DNA of 41,684 bases from Pyrinomonadaceae bacterium (GTDB taxonomy: Bacteria; Acidobacteriota; Blastocatellia; Pyrinomonadales; Pyrinomonadaceae): positions 1 through 41,684 of the forward strand of contig JAJAZE010000316.1 of assembly GCA_026785925.1 (NCBI GenBank), written 5' to 3'. The notes beneath the pieces were generated by a model, which saw only the letters and a program-made list of their open reading frames with translations, searched no databases and had not been told where the DNA came from. Made by a program: the position numbers and the translations under genes. Shown here piece after piece: positions 1 to 9,251 of the stretch. Every line of letters begins with the position of its first letter. The first letter of the stretch is position 1.

Positions 1-113
1 GCAATCGGCTTTGACAAATCTTTCACGATGTCGCGGATCGAGCGCAGATTGTCCGGCAATTCGGTCAATTGATTTTCGGTTGTTTCGAGTTCGGTGGTCG
101 CTTGCGTCGTCAT
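1..113 (-). CDS. 5' end of an unidentified protein-coding gene (continues past window start)
   Basis: ATG at 111-113 (minus strand) with GAGGT about 10 nt upstream. Open frame MTTQATTELETTENQLTELPDNLRSIRDIVKDLSKPI runs to the window edge. No family recognised. Confidence 0.4.
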   Translation of the reverse strand, partial: MTTQATTELETTENQLTELPDNLRSIRDIVKDLSKPI

Positions 114-253
114 TTTTGAAATTACCTCATTAAAAAACTCTGTTGCACAGATGAAACAATAGCATTTTGATTATTTCAAATCAAACGCCTTTTAAAACTA
201 AAAACTCTCAAACACATTCCGATCCGAACAATATAACGACAGTTTTCAAATCT

Positions 254-844
254 TTAAACTTTGGCGTAGGTTAAGCCGGTTTGACCTTGATATTTCCCGC
301 CTCGATCCGAATATGAAACGGCGCAGTCTTCGTCCGATTCAAAAAATAAGATTTGTCCGATGCCTTCGTTGACGTAGACGCGCAGCGGTAAATTGGCGAG
401 ATTGGCGATTTCGACGACTAATCTGCCTTCCCAACCGGCTTCGAGCGGCGTGGCGTTCACCAGCAGACCGGCGCGGGCATATGTAGATTTTCCAATCGCC
501 AAACCTGTCACATTGCGCGGCATTTTAAAGGTTTCGACCGTCACGCCTAACCCGTAATGATGCGGCGGCAACAAATAATACCGCGCACCGTCCTCGGCGG
601 TTCTGAGCGGCGGCTCGATTAAAGAACTCTCGTCAAAGTGCTTCGGGTCTATTTCCAAACCGTAGACCGACGAGAAAATGCGAAAGCCGTCGTCGGCAAG
701 GCGCATATCGTAACCGTAACTCGATGCGCCGGCGGAGATTATTCGTTTGCCGTTTTCTTCTCTGACCAATTCGGGCAGAAAAGGCGTAATCATTTGCCGT
801 TCGACTGCCATTCGGCGCAGCCACAAATCTGATTTAATGCTCAT
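254..844 (-). CDS. dcd: dCTP deaminase
   Basis: Translation is dCTP-deaminase-like throughout (SIKSDLWLRRM..., GYDMRL, GKSTYARAGL, GWEGRLVVEI, FFESDE). I chose the internal ATG at 842-844 because the longer start at 865 would overlap the upstream terminator hairpin. Confidence 0.9.
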   Translation of the reverse strand: MSIKSDLWLRRMAVERQMITPFLPELVREENGKRIISAGASSYGYDMRLADDGFRIFSSVYGLEIDPKHFDESSLIEPPLRTAEDGARYYLLPPHHYGLGVTVETFKMPRNVTGLAIGKSTYARAGLLVNATPLEAGWEGRLVVEIANLANLPLRVYVNEGIGQILFFESDEDCAVSYSDRGGKYQGQTGLTYAKV

Positions 845-865
845 AAAGTATAAATTTAAAGACAA

Positions 866-909
866 AAAAGGAAAGCGATAAGAAAATTTAACTTAATCAC
901 TTTCCTTTT
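866..909 (-). terminator. Intrinsic terminator hairpin downstream of the DUF4097 gene
   Basis: AAAAGGAAAGCGATAAG (866-882) pairs with CTTAATCACTTTCCTTTT (892-909). On the minus-strand transcript the stem is followed by TTTTTTG. The stem contains an AAG(C/T)GAT motif like the heptamer arrays elsewhere. Confidence 0.6.
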
Positions 910-932
910 GCAAAATCCGAACCGGCGACCGT

Positions 933-1784
933 TTATTTTCCGGTTTCAAACAATTTCAAATTTCCGTCGCCGACCGTGAAGCTGAACGCCGCGCCGCCGT
1001 TCCCGGCTCTGGCGATGATGGATTTCTCGGTAAATTTCGTGCGGTCGCGCGGTTTCAAATTGGTCAGCGCATTTTCGATTTGCCCGCCGCGCAAGACTTT
1101 CGCGTCAATGTGCGCGTTCAGATTGAGCGGCATTTGAACGCTCAAATCTCCGCTTGCCAACTGCATATCAACGCTCCGCCCGCGCCAACTGCGGTTCGGA
1201 ATAACGATTTCCACCAAACCTTTGCCGACGGTGGCGACGAGACTGCCGCCGACTAAATTCAAACGAACATTCGATTCGAGATAATTTATTCGCAGTGCGC
1301 CTTCGACGTTCGAGACGGTCAAATCGCCTTTGCCGCCGTCAATCGTCACATCCGAATACACCGGAACTTTGACGACGTAATCAATCCGAAAAGGCATCGC
1401 CAGCAAATTTTTCGGCAGTTTTTTCGCCACGCGCTTGACGTAATCTTTGTCGTGTGTGCCGATGCTCGTGATTCGCAAATGTCCGAAATCGTCCTCGATG
1501 ACAAAACCGTTAATTTTGGCGAGCGTCGCTAAATCCGTTTCGTTGGCGGCTTGCGTCTCGACTTCCGCCGTAATTTCCACGACGTTTTTCTGCCAGCCTT
1601 CAACCTTAATTGAACCGTTCGGCGCACCGACGATTGAAATTGTGCCGCCGACCCCGAATTCAACCGTCTCGGTTTTGTAATTCGTGCGTTTGATTAAAGG
1701 TTTGGTTTGAGCGAAAACGGTGACGGTTAAGCTCATCGAGAAAAACGCGAATAGAAAAAGAACAAATAACTTTTGATTTTTCAT
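933..1784 (-). CDS. Secreted DUF4097-like (putative adhesin / beta-helix) protein
   Basis: N-terminal signal peptide MKNQKLFVLFLFAFFSMSLTVTVFAQ. Reiterated short beta-strand segments (GDLTVSNVEGALRIN, VGGSLVATVGKGLVEIV, GDLSVQMP) are typical of DUF4097/LiaG-like proteins. Last gene of the ECF operon. Confidence 0.7.
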   Translation of the reverse strand: MKNQKLFVLFLFAFFSMSLTVTVFAQTKPLIKRTNYKTETVEFGVGGTISIVGAPNGSIKVEGWQKNVVEITAEVETQAANETDLATLAKINGFVIEDDFGHLRITSIGTHDKDYVKRVAKKLPKNLLAMPFRIDYVVKVPVYSDVTIDGGKGDLTVSNVEGALRINYLESNVRLNLVGGSLVATVGKGLVEIVIPNRSWRGRSVDMQLASGDLSVQMPLNLNAHIDAKVLRGGQIENALTNLKPRDRTKFTEKSIIARAGNGGAAFSFTVGDGNLKLFETGK

Positions 1785-1879
1785 TGTTGGACGAAATCGA
1801 ACCGAGTCTTGAAATAAAACTTACCAAAAAAATTAACAGGTTTTGAGAGAAGAGTATGGCAAACGGGCGGCGAAATAAT

Positions 1880-2656
1880 TTACCGGCGAATGAAGGAAAT
1901 GCTGCCGCGCTGGTTAGTTACTGAAATGCTCGCGCCGCCGTCGCCCGATTGTCCGACGACGCGCCGACCGTCGCTGACGAATTTCATATTTGCGCCGCCG
2001 AAATCGCCGAGCGAAATGTTGCGCGTCGAAGGCGCGGTGGCAATCAATTTGAAGGAAGAATTAAACGGAATCCGAAGATTAATGTTGCCGCGCGTCGAGG
2101 TGAAACGATAACTTCCACCGTCGGTGACGCTGCCGTCGAAGAATATATCGCCGATGACGTTTTCCGCCGCGACATTATCCGCGCTGATATTGGTCAGAGT
2201 GATGTCGCCTTCCGATGAAATATGCGCCCGAACGAGACTGCCGCGCACGCCGCTGACGTTCAAATTGCCGATTTTCGTTTCGATGTCAACAATCGCGTCA
2301 TATGGAACTTTAATCAGAAAATTGACGTTGCCGACTTCGTTTCTGCCTTGATTGTCTCTGACGAGATTGATATAAACCGTGCCGGACAAACTCTGCGGCT
2401 CGATGTTCGCCGCCGGTGCTTCGAGATACGCCGAAATATTGATTTCCGGTTTGTCCCATCCTTCGACCGTGACCGTGCCGGTGCGATTCATCAACTGCAG
2501 ACGAACATTTTTGCTCGCCGGATAAATTTTAGAGAATTTTTTCTGCGCGGAAACCTCAACCGTCGCCGCCGCTGAAGCCGCAAAGAAAAAAACTACGCTT
2601 AAAATGAGCATCGTAGTTTTATGGCGGGCGAATAAATTTTTCAAAATCCAATTCAT
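1880..2656 (-). CDS. Secreted or anchored DUF4097-like protein (paralogous architecture)
   Basis: Hydrophobic N-terminus LILSVVFFFAASAAATVEVSAQ. Repeated G-N/D-I/L-x-V/L strands (GNLNVSGVRGSLVRAHISSEGDITLTNI, RGNINLRIP). Confidence 0.7.
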   Translation of the reverse strand: MNWILKNLFARHKTTMLILSVVFFFAASAAATVEVSAQKKFSKIYPASKNVRLQLMNRTGTVTVEGWDKPEINISAYLEAPAANIEPQSLSGTVYINLVRDNQGRNEVGNVNFLIKVPYDAIVDIETKIGNLNVSGVRGSLVRAHISSEGDITLTNISADNVAAENVIGDIFFDGSVTDGGSYRFTSTRGNINLRIPFNSSFKLIATAPSTRNISLGDFGGANMKFVSDGRRVVGQSGDGGASISVTNQRGSISFIRR

Positions 2657-2670
2657 TGCTTAAGCCTGTT

Positions 2671-3384
2671 TTACAGTTCGGAGAATTCGCGTAAGAGTGC
2701 CATTTTCTCGTTCAAAGCTGAATCCAGCATTTCACCCGAAAGGTCGTCGTGCGGGTTCTCCTGTAAAATTTTGTCGTATTCAAAAACGGTTTGGTCAATC
2801 TCGCTGAGATTGCGGTCGAACGCTTCGCGCAGATTGGCGTTCCAATTGACTCTTTTGGTTTGCACACGCTTATTCCAATAATCAATCGCCGTCTGCTGCT
2901 CTTTAATGCGATTTTCTCTGGTTTGCTGCGGTGTTTCGATGATGCCGATTTTCCCTAGTGCGCGGTCGAAAATACTCGGCGCGGTATTTCCCGAAAGTTC
3001 CTGCGCCGAAAAATTTTTAATTCCGACAATCGTCAGCAAAGAACTGATGACCGCAATTCCCAAAACCGCCGCGAAAACCTGTGAAAAAGAAAACTGCCAG
3101 CTTCGTTTCGGTTTGTTTTGTTCGGTAACTTTTACAGCAGTTGGCGGCGGGATTTCGGTTTCAATCAGGTTATTGATGCGGCACCAGAGAGCTTTGGAAT
3201 TCGGCGGCAATGAAGTTTCCACTTCGTCGAGTGTGCAAAAGTCGAGAATCATCGCAAAATCTTCGCACATCTTAGCGCATTCGGCGCAAATAGCGAGATG
3301 CGTCTGGATGCTCATCGAAACTTCCGGTTCGATCTCGTTATCCAGATAAACGCTGATTGATTTTTGACAGTCTTCGCAGTTCAT
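2671..3384 (-). CDS. Membrane anti-sigma factor with zf-HC2 N-terminal domain
   Basis: N-terminal CEDC...HLAICAEC (H-x3-C-x2-C). One TM segment (VFAAVLGIAVISSLLTIVGI). Extracytoplasmic C-terminal domain of about 110 aa. Lies directly downstream of the ECF sigma gene. Confidence 0.8.
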   Translation of the reverse strand: MNCEDCQKSISVYLDNEIEPEVSMSIQTHLAICAECAKMCEDFAMILDFCTLDEVETSLPPNSKALWCRINNLIETEIPPPTAVKVTEQNKPKRSWQFSFSQVFAAVLGIAVISSLLTIVGIKNFSAQELSGNTAPSIFDRALGKIGIIETPQQTRENRIKEQQTAIDYWNKRVQTKRVNWNANLREAFDRNLSEIDQTVFEYDKILQENPHDDLSGEMLDSALNEKMALLREFSEL

Positions 3385-3500
3385 TTCCTAAATTTTGCAG
3401 AATAATATTGACCGGTTTTGGTAATAATCACCGAATTGTGCGCTTCAACTTTAATAGATTGCCGTCGAAACTTTTAGGTTGCCTTACAAATCTTTGCAAA

Positions 3501-4166
3501 CTACTTGGCTGCTTTTTTTTGGATCAGCAAACCGCGCATTTTTAATCGCGCTTTGTGCAGTTGGGATTTCGATGTGCCGACCGAGATTCCAAGAATCCGC
3601 GCCACTTCTTCGTGTTCGTAGCCCTGAACATCGTGCAGCACGAACGCGCTTCGATAACCGGGCGGCAACTGGTCAACCGCGCGTTTCAGAGCGATGCGGT
3701 CGAGAACCGGCATTTTCGCCTGATTTTCCGTTCCCGGAACGATTTGTTCGGGAATTTCGCCGTCTTCCGAAGTCTTTTCATTTTTCACGCTGCGCCGCCG
3801 AAAGTGCATCAAAACCTGGTTGACCGTCAAACGATGAAGCCAGGTGGAAAAAGCCGAATCGCCGCGAAAACTGCCGACTTTGCGAAAAAGCTGGATGAAA
3901 ACTTCCTGCGTCAAATCTTCCGATTCGGTCTGGCTGCTCGTCATTCGCAGGCAGAGCGAATAAGTCCGGCGATGATAACGCTCGTAAAGCATTTCAAAAG
4001 CGGCGATGTTTCCCAGAGCGGCAAGTTTCGCCAATTCAAAGTCCGCCGTTTTCGCGTCGAGCGGTTCGGTTTGCGCCGCCGGAGACAAAAGAAAAATCGG
4101 ATTGCCGGTGCTTTCCTCTACCTGTAAAACGCCGTCGCGCTCCATCGCAATCGAGGTCAAGTCCAT
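3501..4166 (-). CDS. ECF-type RNA polymerase sigma-70 family factor
   Basis: Region 2 ([36 protein letters not shown]) and region 4 HTH ([30 protein letters not shown]). Carries an N-terminal extension of about 45 aa. Confidence 0.9.
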   Translation of the reverse strand: MDLTSIAMERDGVLQVEESTGNPIFLLSPAAQTEPLDAKTADFELAKLAALGNIAAFEMLYERYHRRTYSLCLRMTSSQTESEDLTQEVFIQLFRKVGSFRGDSAFSTWLHRLTVNQVLMHFRRRSVKNEKTSEDGEIPEQIVPGTENQAKMPVLDRIALKRAVDQLPPGYRSAFVLHDVQGYEHEEVARILGISVGTSKSQLHKARLKMRGLLIQKKAAK

Positions 4167-4427
4167 ATTTGCTCCTAAAAAATTGTTTTCGGGATTTAGT
4201 AAATCGTTGGTGTTTATGATGTGCCGCCTCCGAATTTTGGTTGCTTTTCGGGCAAGCGTTATTTTATGACGAAATGCGCCAAAGGTAAATACTAAATTTT
4301 ATGGTTTGCCGGAAATCTTTGACGAGAAATTTTCAACGCCGCCGATAAATCTGACATTTTCGCGGAAATCTGTTATAAACTCTCGATACCGAATTTTCAT
4401 AATCGTTTCCGTCTGAGATGAAAAAAT

Positions 4428-5996
4428 ATGCTTTTCCTGACGCAATCCGCCGCCGTCTACGGCATTGACGCGCTCATCGTGGACATCGAGGTAAATTTGC
4501 AGCCGGTCAAAGGCGAAGCCGATTCGTCACCGACCGTTTTGATCGTCGGTTTGCCCGACACCGCGATTCGTGAATCGCGTGAACGCATCCGCGCGGCAAT
4601 CACGAACAGCGGCTTTTTCTTTCCGTTTCACAAAACGACGATCAATCTCGCGCCCGCCGACGTGCGGAAAGAAGGCGCGAGTTTCGATTTGCCGATTGCT
4701 CTGGGGATTTTAGGCGCGAACGGTGATTTGGGAAATGTTGATTTGCTGAAAAACACTTTGTGCATCGGCGAATTATCGCTCGACGGGCGCGTTCGTCCGG
4801 TGCGCGGCGCACTTTCGATTGCTTTGACAGCGCGTGAAAACGGCATTAAAAATTTGCTTCTGCCCGAAGAAAACGCGACCGAAGCCGCCGTCGTCTCAGG
4901 CGTTGATGTCTATCCGGTCAAAGATTTGCGTGAAGCGGTCGAACTCTGCCGCGCTTTTCAAAGCGGAAACGAGCCGCACGTTTCGCCACTCAAACTGGAT
5001 ATTGCTTCGATGAAAGCCGTTGAGAACCGCTATCGCGTGGATTTCTCGGAAGTGCGCGGGCAGCAAAATACCAAACGCGCGCTGGAAATCGCCAGCGCGG
5101 GCGGTCATAACATTCTATTAATCGGTCCGCCCGGTTCGGGCAAAACGATGCTCGCCAAACGTCTGCCGACGATTTTGCCGCCGCTCGAATTTGAGGAATC
5201 TTTGGAAATTACGAAAATTCATTCGGTTGCCGGACTGACGGGAAAAACCGGATTGATTACCGAACGTCCGTTCAAGAATCCGCATCACACGGTTTCGCAA
5301 GCCGGACTGATCGGCGGCGGTTCGATTCCGAAACCGGGCGAAGTTTCACTGGCTCACCTCGGCGTTTTGTTTCTCGACGAACTGCCGGAATTTGATCGGA
5401 ATGTTCTCGAAGTTCTGCGCCAGCCGATGGAAGATAAACAGGTGACGATTTCACGCGCCGCCACGTCGCTGACTTTTCCATCGAGCTTTATGCTGGTCGC
5501 TTCGATGAATCCGTGTCCGTGCGGCTACTTCGGTTCACAGCGCGAATGCCAATGTTCGCCGCTGCAAATTCAGCGATACGTCGGCAGAATTTCCGGTCCG
5601 CTGCTCGATAGAATTGATATTCACATAGACGTTCCCGCCGTTAATTTCAAAGAACTGCGCGGCAAAGGCGTTGCCGTTGGCGACAGTTCCGCCACGATTA
5701 GGGCGCGGGTCATTGAAGCGCGTGACGTGCAGCTCGCAAGATTTTCCGGCGAAGGCGTTTTTTCAAATTCGGCGATGTCGCCGACGCAGATTCGCAAATT
5801 CTGCGCGATTGATGCCGAAAGTGAAAATTTGCTCGAACGCGCGATGCTCAAACAAGGACTTTCCGCCCGCGCGCACGACCGAATCTTGAAAGTCGCCCGC
5901 ACGATTGCCGATTTGGAAGGTTGCGAAAACATTCAGCCGACGCACTTGAGCGAAGCGATCAGCTATCGCTCGCTTGACCGCAGTTATTGGAGTTGA
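4428..5996 (+). CDS. comM: YifB/ComM family Mg-chelatase-like AAA+ ATPase
   Basis: N-terminal Lon-protease-like domain, Walker [18 protein letters not shown] Walker B, cysteine cluster [16 protein letters not shown], and a C-terminal helical domain. Confidence 0.92.
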   Translation: MLFLTQSAAVYGIDALIVDIEVNLQPVKGEADSSPTVLIVGLPDTAIRESRERIRAAITNSGFFFPFHKTTINLAPADVRKEGASFDLPIALGILGANGDLGNVDLLKNTLCIGELSLDGRVRPVRGALSIALTARENGIKNLLLPEENATEAAVVSGVDVYPVKDLREAVELCRAFQSGNEPHVSPLKLDIASMKAVENRYRVDFSEVRGQQNTKRALEIASAGGHNILLIGPPGSGKTMLAKRLPTILPPLEFEESLEITKIHSVAGLTGKTGLITERPFKNPHHTVSQAGLIGGGSIPKPGEVSLAHLGVLFLDELPEFDRNVLEVLRQPMEDKQVTISRAATSLTFPSSFMLVASMNPCPCGYFGSQRECQCSPLQIQRYVGRISGPLLDRIDIHIDVPAVNFKELRGKGVAVGDSSATIRARVIEARDVQLARFSGEGVFSNSAMSPTQIRKFCAIDAESENLLERAMLKQGLSARAHDRILKVARTIADLEGCENIQPTHLSEAISYRSLDRSYWS

Positions 5997-6108
5997 ATAA
6001 AATAATGCGAGTTCGGAGATGAACTGTGCAGCGAGAGGAAAATTCAACTGTTCGTTATTGACTGTGCGCTGTTGAACGAGAAAAGTTTTCCGCTGAACAG
6101 CGAATAAG

Positions 6109-6250
6109 CAGGTAATTAAAAGTTTCGCGGGATTTTGCTCATCGTTCAGAGTCCGCGCTTCAACGTGTTTTTCCGCCAGCAAAGCGCGGCGGAAAAGCAA
6201 ACTAAAGTTTGGGTTCTTTTGAGTTACAAAAGACTTTGAGAATCTACAAT
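6109..6250. repeat. Nested-palindrome (MITE-like) element, copy B, inverted relative to copy A at 17742-17888
   Basis: CAGGTAA..AAAAGTTTCGC..TCGTTCAGAGTCCGCGCTTCAACGTGTTTTTCCGCCAGCAAAGCGCGGCGGAAAAGCAAACTAAAGTTTGG aligns by eye, nearly base for base, with the reverse complement of 17742-17888. The right arm is degenerate and the boundaries are approximate. Confidence 0.65.
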
Positions 6251-6268
6251 AGTCGGTCAAAAAGCTAA

Positions 6269-6490
6269 ATGTCGCGCACCACAATAAAATTACTAATCGG
6301 AGTGGGAATTCTGGTGTTCATCATCCTGTCTTTGAACATGGCGGCGGGGAATTTTTGGGCTGCTGGCGGTCCGCCTACGCCAAATCCTGAGGTATACCGA
6401 TTCCGGGGACTTATTTGGCTCTCAATTGCATTCTTTTTGATGATTCTCGTAGTATTTCTATTCTTCTCGTCAACGAAGAGGAAAAAGTAG
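6269..6490 (+). CDS. Hypothetical small membrane protein (two predicted TM helices)
   Basis: 73-aa ORF with two hydrophobic stretches (LLIGVGILVFIILSL; LIWLSIAFFLMILVVFLFF) and a Lys-rich tail. No family recognised. Sits in an AT-rich segment. Confidence 0.35.
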   Translation: MSRTTIKLLIGVGILVFIILSLNMAAGNFWAAGGPPTPNPEVYRFRGLIWLSIAFFLMILVVFLFFSSTKRKK

Positions 6491-6671
6491 TCTTACGCGA
6501 CGATGGTGACTTGCAAATAATTACAACACTTTGCAGACGACGGTTTGGACATTAGCAAATGATGTTTTCAAATGATGGCGGACATTGAGCTTGATTTGTT
6601 GAGGTTCGTCCTCAATGACTTTTGTAAGTATTTTCAACGAGTATTGAAGCTATTCTCAATGTCTTCAAGTT

Positions 6672-6735
6672 GCAACTCTGAACGAGAAGCAAACCTCTTG
6701 TTAATTTCGTTTACCTGCTTAGTTTAGTGAACAGT
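6672..6735. repeat. Partial third copy of the MITE-like element, inverted relative to copy B
   Basis: The reverse complement reads TAAGCAGGTAA...TTGCTTCTCGTTCAGAGTTGC, matching TAAGCAGGTAA...TTGCTCATCGTTCAGAGTCCGC of copy B. Only the outer roughly 60 nt are recognisable. Confidence 0.4.
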
Positions 6736-6922
6736 GCAAAGTTTTAGCTCCCGCTCACTTTCTCCGTTCGAGTAATTTATTCAGATAGCTTATTCCGAAC
6801 TCAAGCTAAAATAAGAAAAACAAATCTTTACGCAGTTTGCCAAAGCAGGACGATAGTAACCAAAAATGTTAATATCGGACGTTTGCTCTAGAAATCTGAA
6901 ATTTTACGAGTTGATTTTAATA

Positions 6923-8752
6923 ATGATTGCTGAAAATTTAATTGGATTTGAAAATCTGCCGCAGACGATTCCGCATTTTTGTCTCGAATCGTTTCGCCGC
7001 CATAATAAACCCGACGCGCTCAGTCATAAAGTCAATGATGTGTGGGAATATCTGTCGGGCGAAATTATTATTGAAAAAATCAAATTTATCGCGCTCGGAC
7101 TCGCCGATTTAGGAGTCAAAGCGGGCGACCGCATTGCCGTTATTTCGGAAAATCGCCCGGAATGGTCGCTCACCGATTTGGCGATTTTATCGCTTCGCGC
7201 CATCAACGTCCCGATTTACACGACGCAAGCCGTCGAGCAGATTCGGTATATTCTCGAAGATTCGGGCGCGAAAATGCTGTTCGTGTCGGGCAAAAAGATT
7301 TTTCGTCACGCCGAAAACGCGATTCAATCGGTCGAACGACTGGAGAAATTGATTTTCTTCGATGCCGACGCGCTGCCCGAAAACGATAACCGCGCGATGA
7401 CTTATCAAATGCTCGAAAATCGCGGCAAAGAGTTGGAAAAAGTTGACTCGCAGATTTTTGAAACGAATCTCGCGCAGATTGAAACCGACGATTTGGCGAC
7501 GATTATTTATACTTCCGGCACGACCGGCGAACCGAAAGGCGTGATGCTGACGCACCAAAATTTCATCACGCCGATTATCGGCGTTTCCAAAGCTCTGCCG
7601 ATTAAAACGACCGACCGTTCGCTGGCGGTTTTGCCGCTCTCGCATATCTTCGAGCGCACGGTTTTTTATGTCTTGTGCGCCAACGGCGTGGCAATTCATT
7701 TCTGCTCGTCGTTCGACCAAATTGGCGCGTTTCTGGCGGATGTCAAACCGACGATTATGACCGCCGTGCCGCGTCTTTTCGAGCAGGTTTATCACAAAAT
7801 CGTCAAAAAAGGGAAAGCGGCGGGCGGTTGGCGAACTTCGCTTTTCGATTGGGCTTTGACGGTCGGACAGGATTACTGGAACGCCAAAGACAAAGGCGAA
7901 TCGTTATCTTTAGGCTTATCTTTCAAACACGCCGTCGCCGGTCGGCTCGTTTTTTCCAAATGGCGGGCGGGCGTTGGCGGCAGCATTCGCTTTTTCGTAT
8001 CGGGCGGCGCACCGCTTTCCAGAAAACTCTCGAACGCATTTTGGGCGGCGGGCATTCCGGTTTTGCAGGGTTACGGAATGACCGAAGCCTGCGTGACCTG
8101 CGTTAATCGCCCGGAAGACAGCAAAGTCGGCTCAATCGGAACGCCGTTTGAAAACATCGAAATGAAAATTGCCGAATCGGACGGCGAAATTCTGATTCGC
8201 GGTAAAAACGTGATGCGCGGCTATCTCAATAACCCGGAAGAAACCGCCAAAGTCATTGACGAAGACGGCTTTTATCACACGGGCGATGTCGGCTATGTGG
8301 ACGAAGACGGACATTTTTTTATCACCGACCGCAAAAAAGATTTATTCAAATTGTCGAACGGCAAATATATCGCGCCGCAGCAAGTCGAGAGTCTTCTAAA
8401 GCAATCGCCGCTCGTCTCGCAAGCCGTCGCCGTCGGTTCCGGGCGGAAACAAGTCGGCGCGTTGATCGTGCCGGATTGGGAAACGCTCAAACAAACTTTG
8501 AAGGAAGAAGGAATCAGTGCGGAAGGTTCGCGTGAAGAACTTTGCGAAAACCCGCACGTTATCAAAAGAGTTCAGCGCGATGCCGGCGAATTTACCCGCG
8601 AGATGAACGATTACGAGCGCGTCAAAAAAGTGTATTTATTGTCGCGCGAATTTTCGATTGATAAAGGCGAAATGACTCCGACCTTAAAAATCAAACGCGG
8701 CGTGATTGACGAAAAATACGAAGAAGCGATTGACGAAATCTGCGGCAATTAG
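6923..8752 (+). CDS. Long-chain fatty-acid--CoA ligase (AMP-dependent synthetase)
   Basis: AMP-binding motif YTSGTTGEPKGV, plus GYGMTE, TGDVGYVDEDGHFFITDRKKDLFK and PTLKIKR. Start placed at ATG 6923 (MIAENLIGF...); the longer frame from 6866 is possible. Confidence 0.9.
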   Translation: MIAENLIGFENLPQTIPHFCLESFRRHNKPDALSHKVNDVWEYLSGEIIIEKIKFIALGLADLGVKAGDRIAVISENRPEWSLTDLAILSLRAINVPIYTTQAVEQIRYILEDSGAKMLFVSGKKIFRHAENAIQSVERLEKLIFFDADALPENDNRAMTYQMLENRGKELEKVDSQIFETNLAQIETDDLATIIYTSGTTGEPKGVMLTHQNFITPIIGVSKALPIKTTDRSLAVLPLSHIFERTVFYVLCANGVAIHFCSSFDQIGAFLADVKPTIMTAVPRLFEQVYHKIVKKGKAAGGWRTSLFDWALTVGQDYWNAKDKGESLSLGLSFKHAVAGRLVFSKWRAGVGGSIRFFVSGGAPLSRKLSNAFWAAGIPVLQGYGMTEACVTCVNRPEDSKVGSIGTPFENIEMKIAESDGEILIRGKNVMRGYLNNPEETAKVIDEDGFYHTGDVGYVDEDGHFFITDRKKDLFKLSNGKYIAPQQVESLLKQSPLVSQAVAVGSGRKQVGALIVPDWETLKQTLKEEGISAEGSREELCENPHVIKRVQRDAGEFTREMNDYERVKKVYLLSREFSIDKGEMTPTLKIKRGVIDEKYEEAIDEICGN

Positions 8753-8939
8753 GTGAAAAGTGATAAGTGAGAGGTGATAAGTGATAAGTAAAAAGCCGTC
8801 TGAGATAAATGTAAATGTTTATTTCAGACGGCTTTCTCACCTATCACTTATCACTTATCACTTATCACTTATCACTTATCACTTATCACTTATCACTTAT
8901 CACTTATCACTTATCACTTATCACTTATCACTTCCCACT
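8752..8939. repeat. Inverted heptamer tandem arrays flanking a terminator hairpin
   Basis: Left arm GGTGAAA AGTGATA AGTGAGA GGTGATA AGTGATA (8752-8786). Right arm TCTCACC, then 13 perfect TATCACT (8842-8932), then TCCCACT. TATCACT is the reverse complement of AGTGATA. The array touches the stop codons of both convergent genes. Confidence 0.95.
8792..8835. terminator. Bidirectional intrinsic terminator between convergent genes
   Basis: AAAGCCGTCTGA (8792-8803) pairs with TCAGACGGCTTT (8824-8835). The stem is extended by ATAAA/TTTAT, with a T-run on the minus-strand side and TTT on the plus side. Confidence 0.7.
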
Positions 8940-9251
8940 TTAAATCTTCACTCCTTCGCTTTCGCAAAGGAGTTTGTTGAGCGTGGAAAAATCTTTGTGC
9001 TTATTACCTAAAAGTGCCTCGGCAAGTTCGTAGAGCGGAATCGGAATCTCGACTTTAGCGACTGTTTCTTCGGCTTGCGGATAATGCGCGTAAAATTCGA
9101 CCTCTGATGTGCAGAACTCGCAGACGGCAAGATGCGTTTCAATTTCCTCACGTTCTTTAGCCGACTCTCGATTGTTTTCAAAAGCCAGCAGTTCCTGCGA
9201 CGAAGGGCAAGTCGGTGTTTTACAAAAAGTTACCATTTTTAACGAAAACAT
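8940..9251 (-). CDS. Small soluble zf-HC2 (anti-sigma N-terminal domain-like) protein
   Basis: CKTPTC plus HLAVCEFC (H-x3-C-x2-C) gives four Cys and one His. No TM segment. About 98-103 aa; the start may be 9251 or 9236, and no clear SD precedes either. Confidence 0.55.
   Translation of the reverse strand: MFSLKMVTFCKTPTCPSSQELLAFENNRESAKEREEIETHLAVCEFCTSEVEFYAHYPQAEETVAKVEIPIPLYELAEALLGNKHKDFSTLNKLLCESEGVKI

Noticed and set aside
3555-4127. Long antisense ORFs opposite well-supported genes (also 7187-7795, 18321-18875, 19701-20132, 21806-22324, 24394-24894, 36521-37021, 37753-38151, 39450-39905)
   Set aside because: They are Arg/Phe-rich shadow frames opposite genes with clear family motifs. 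No independent start signals or recognisable domains.
4167-4427. Direct repeat CGGAAATCT (about 4310 and 4363) and a possible ECF-type promoter in the sigma/comM divergent region
   Set aside because: I could not find a convincing GGAAC-N16-CGT-type promoter on the sigma strand. Two 9-nt matches in AT-rich DNA may be chance.
5763-6284. 173-aa minus-strand ORF
   Set aside because: It overlaps the 3' end of comM in antisense and runs through MITE-like copy B. It has no recognisable motifs and is most likely a shadow ORF.
6491-6671. Possible decayed gene on the minus strand (fragments ...LQLEDIENSFNTR* and LKILTKVIEDEPQQIKLNVRHHLKTSFANVQTVVCKVL*)
   Set aside because: Only two short frames separated by a frameshift. 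I cannot assign a family by eye, so there is not enough evidence to call a pseudogene.
8752-8939. Possible CRISPR array, because of many short identical repeats
   Set aside because: The units are 7 nt long and directly abutting, with no unique spacers, and no cas genes are in the window. This is a tandem repeat, not a CRISPR.
8781-9011. 76-aa ORF translating to ...LSLITYHLSLITYHLSLITYH...
   Set aside because: It is simply the TATCACT heptamer array read in frame (21-nt periodicity). It has no start context and lies in a terminator region between convergent genes.
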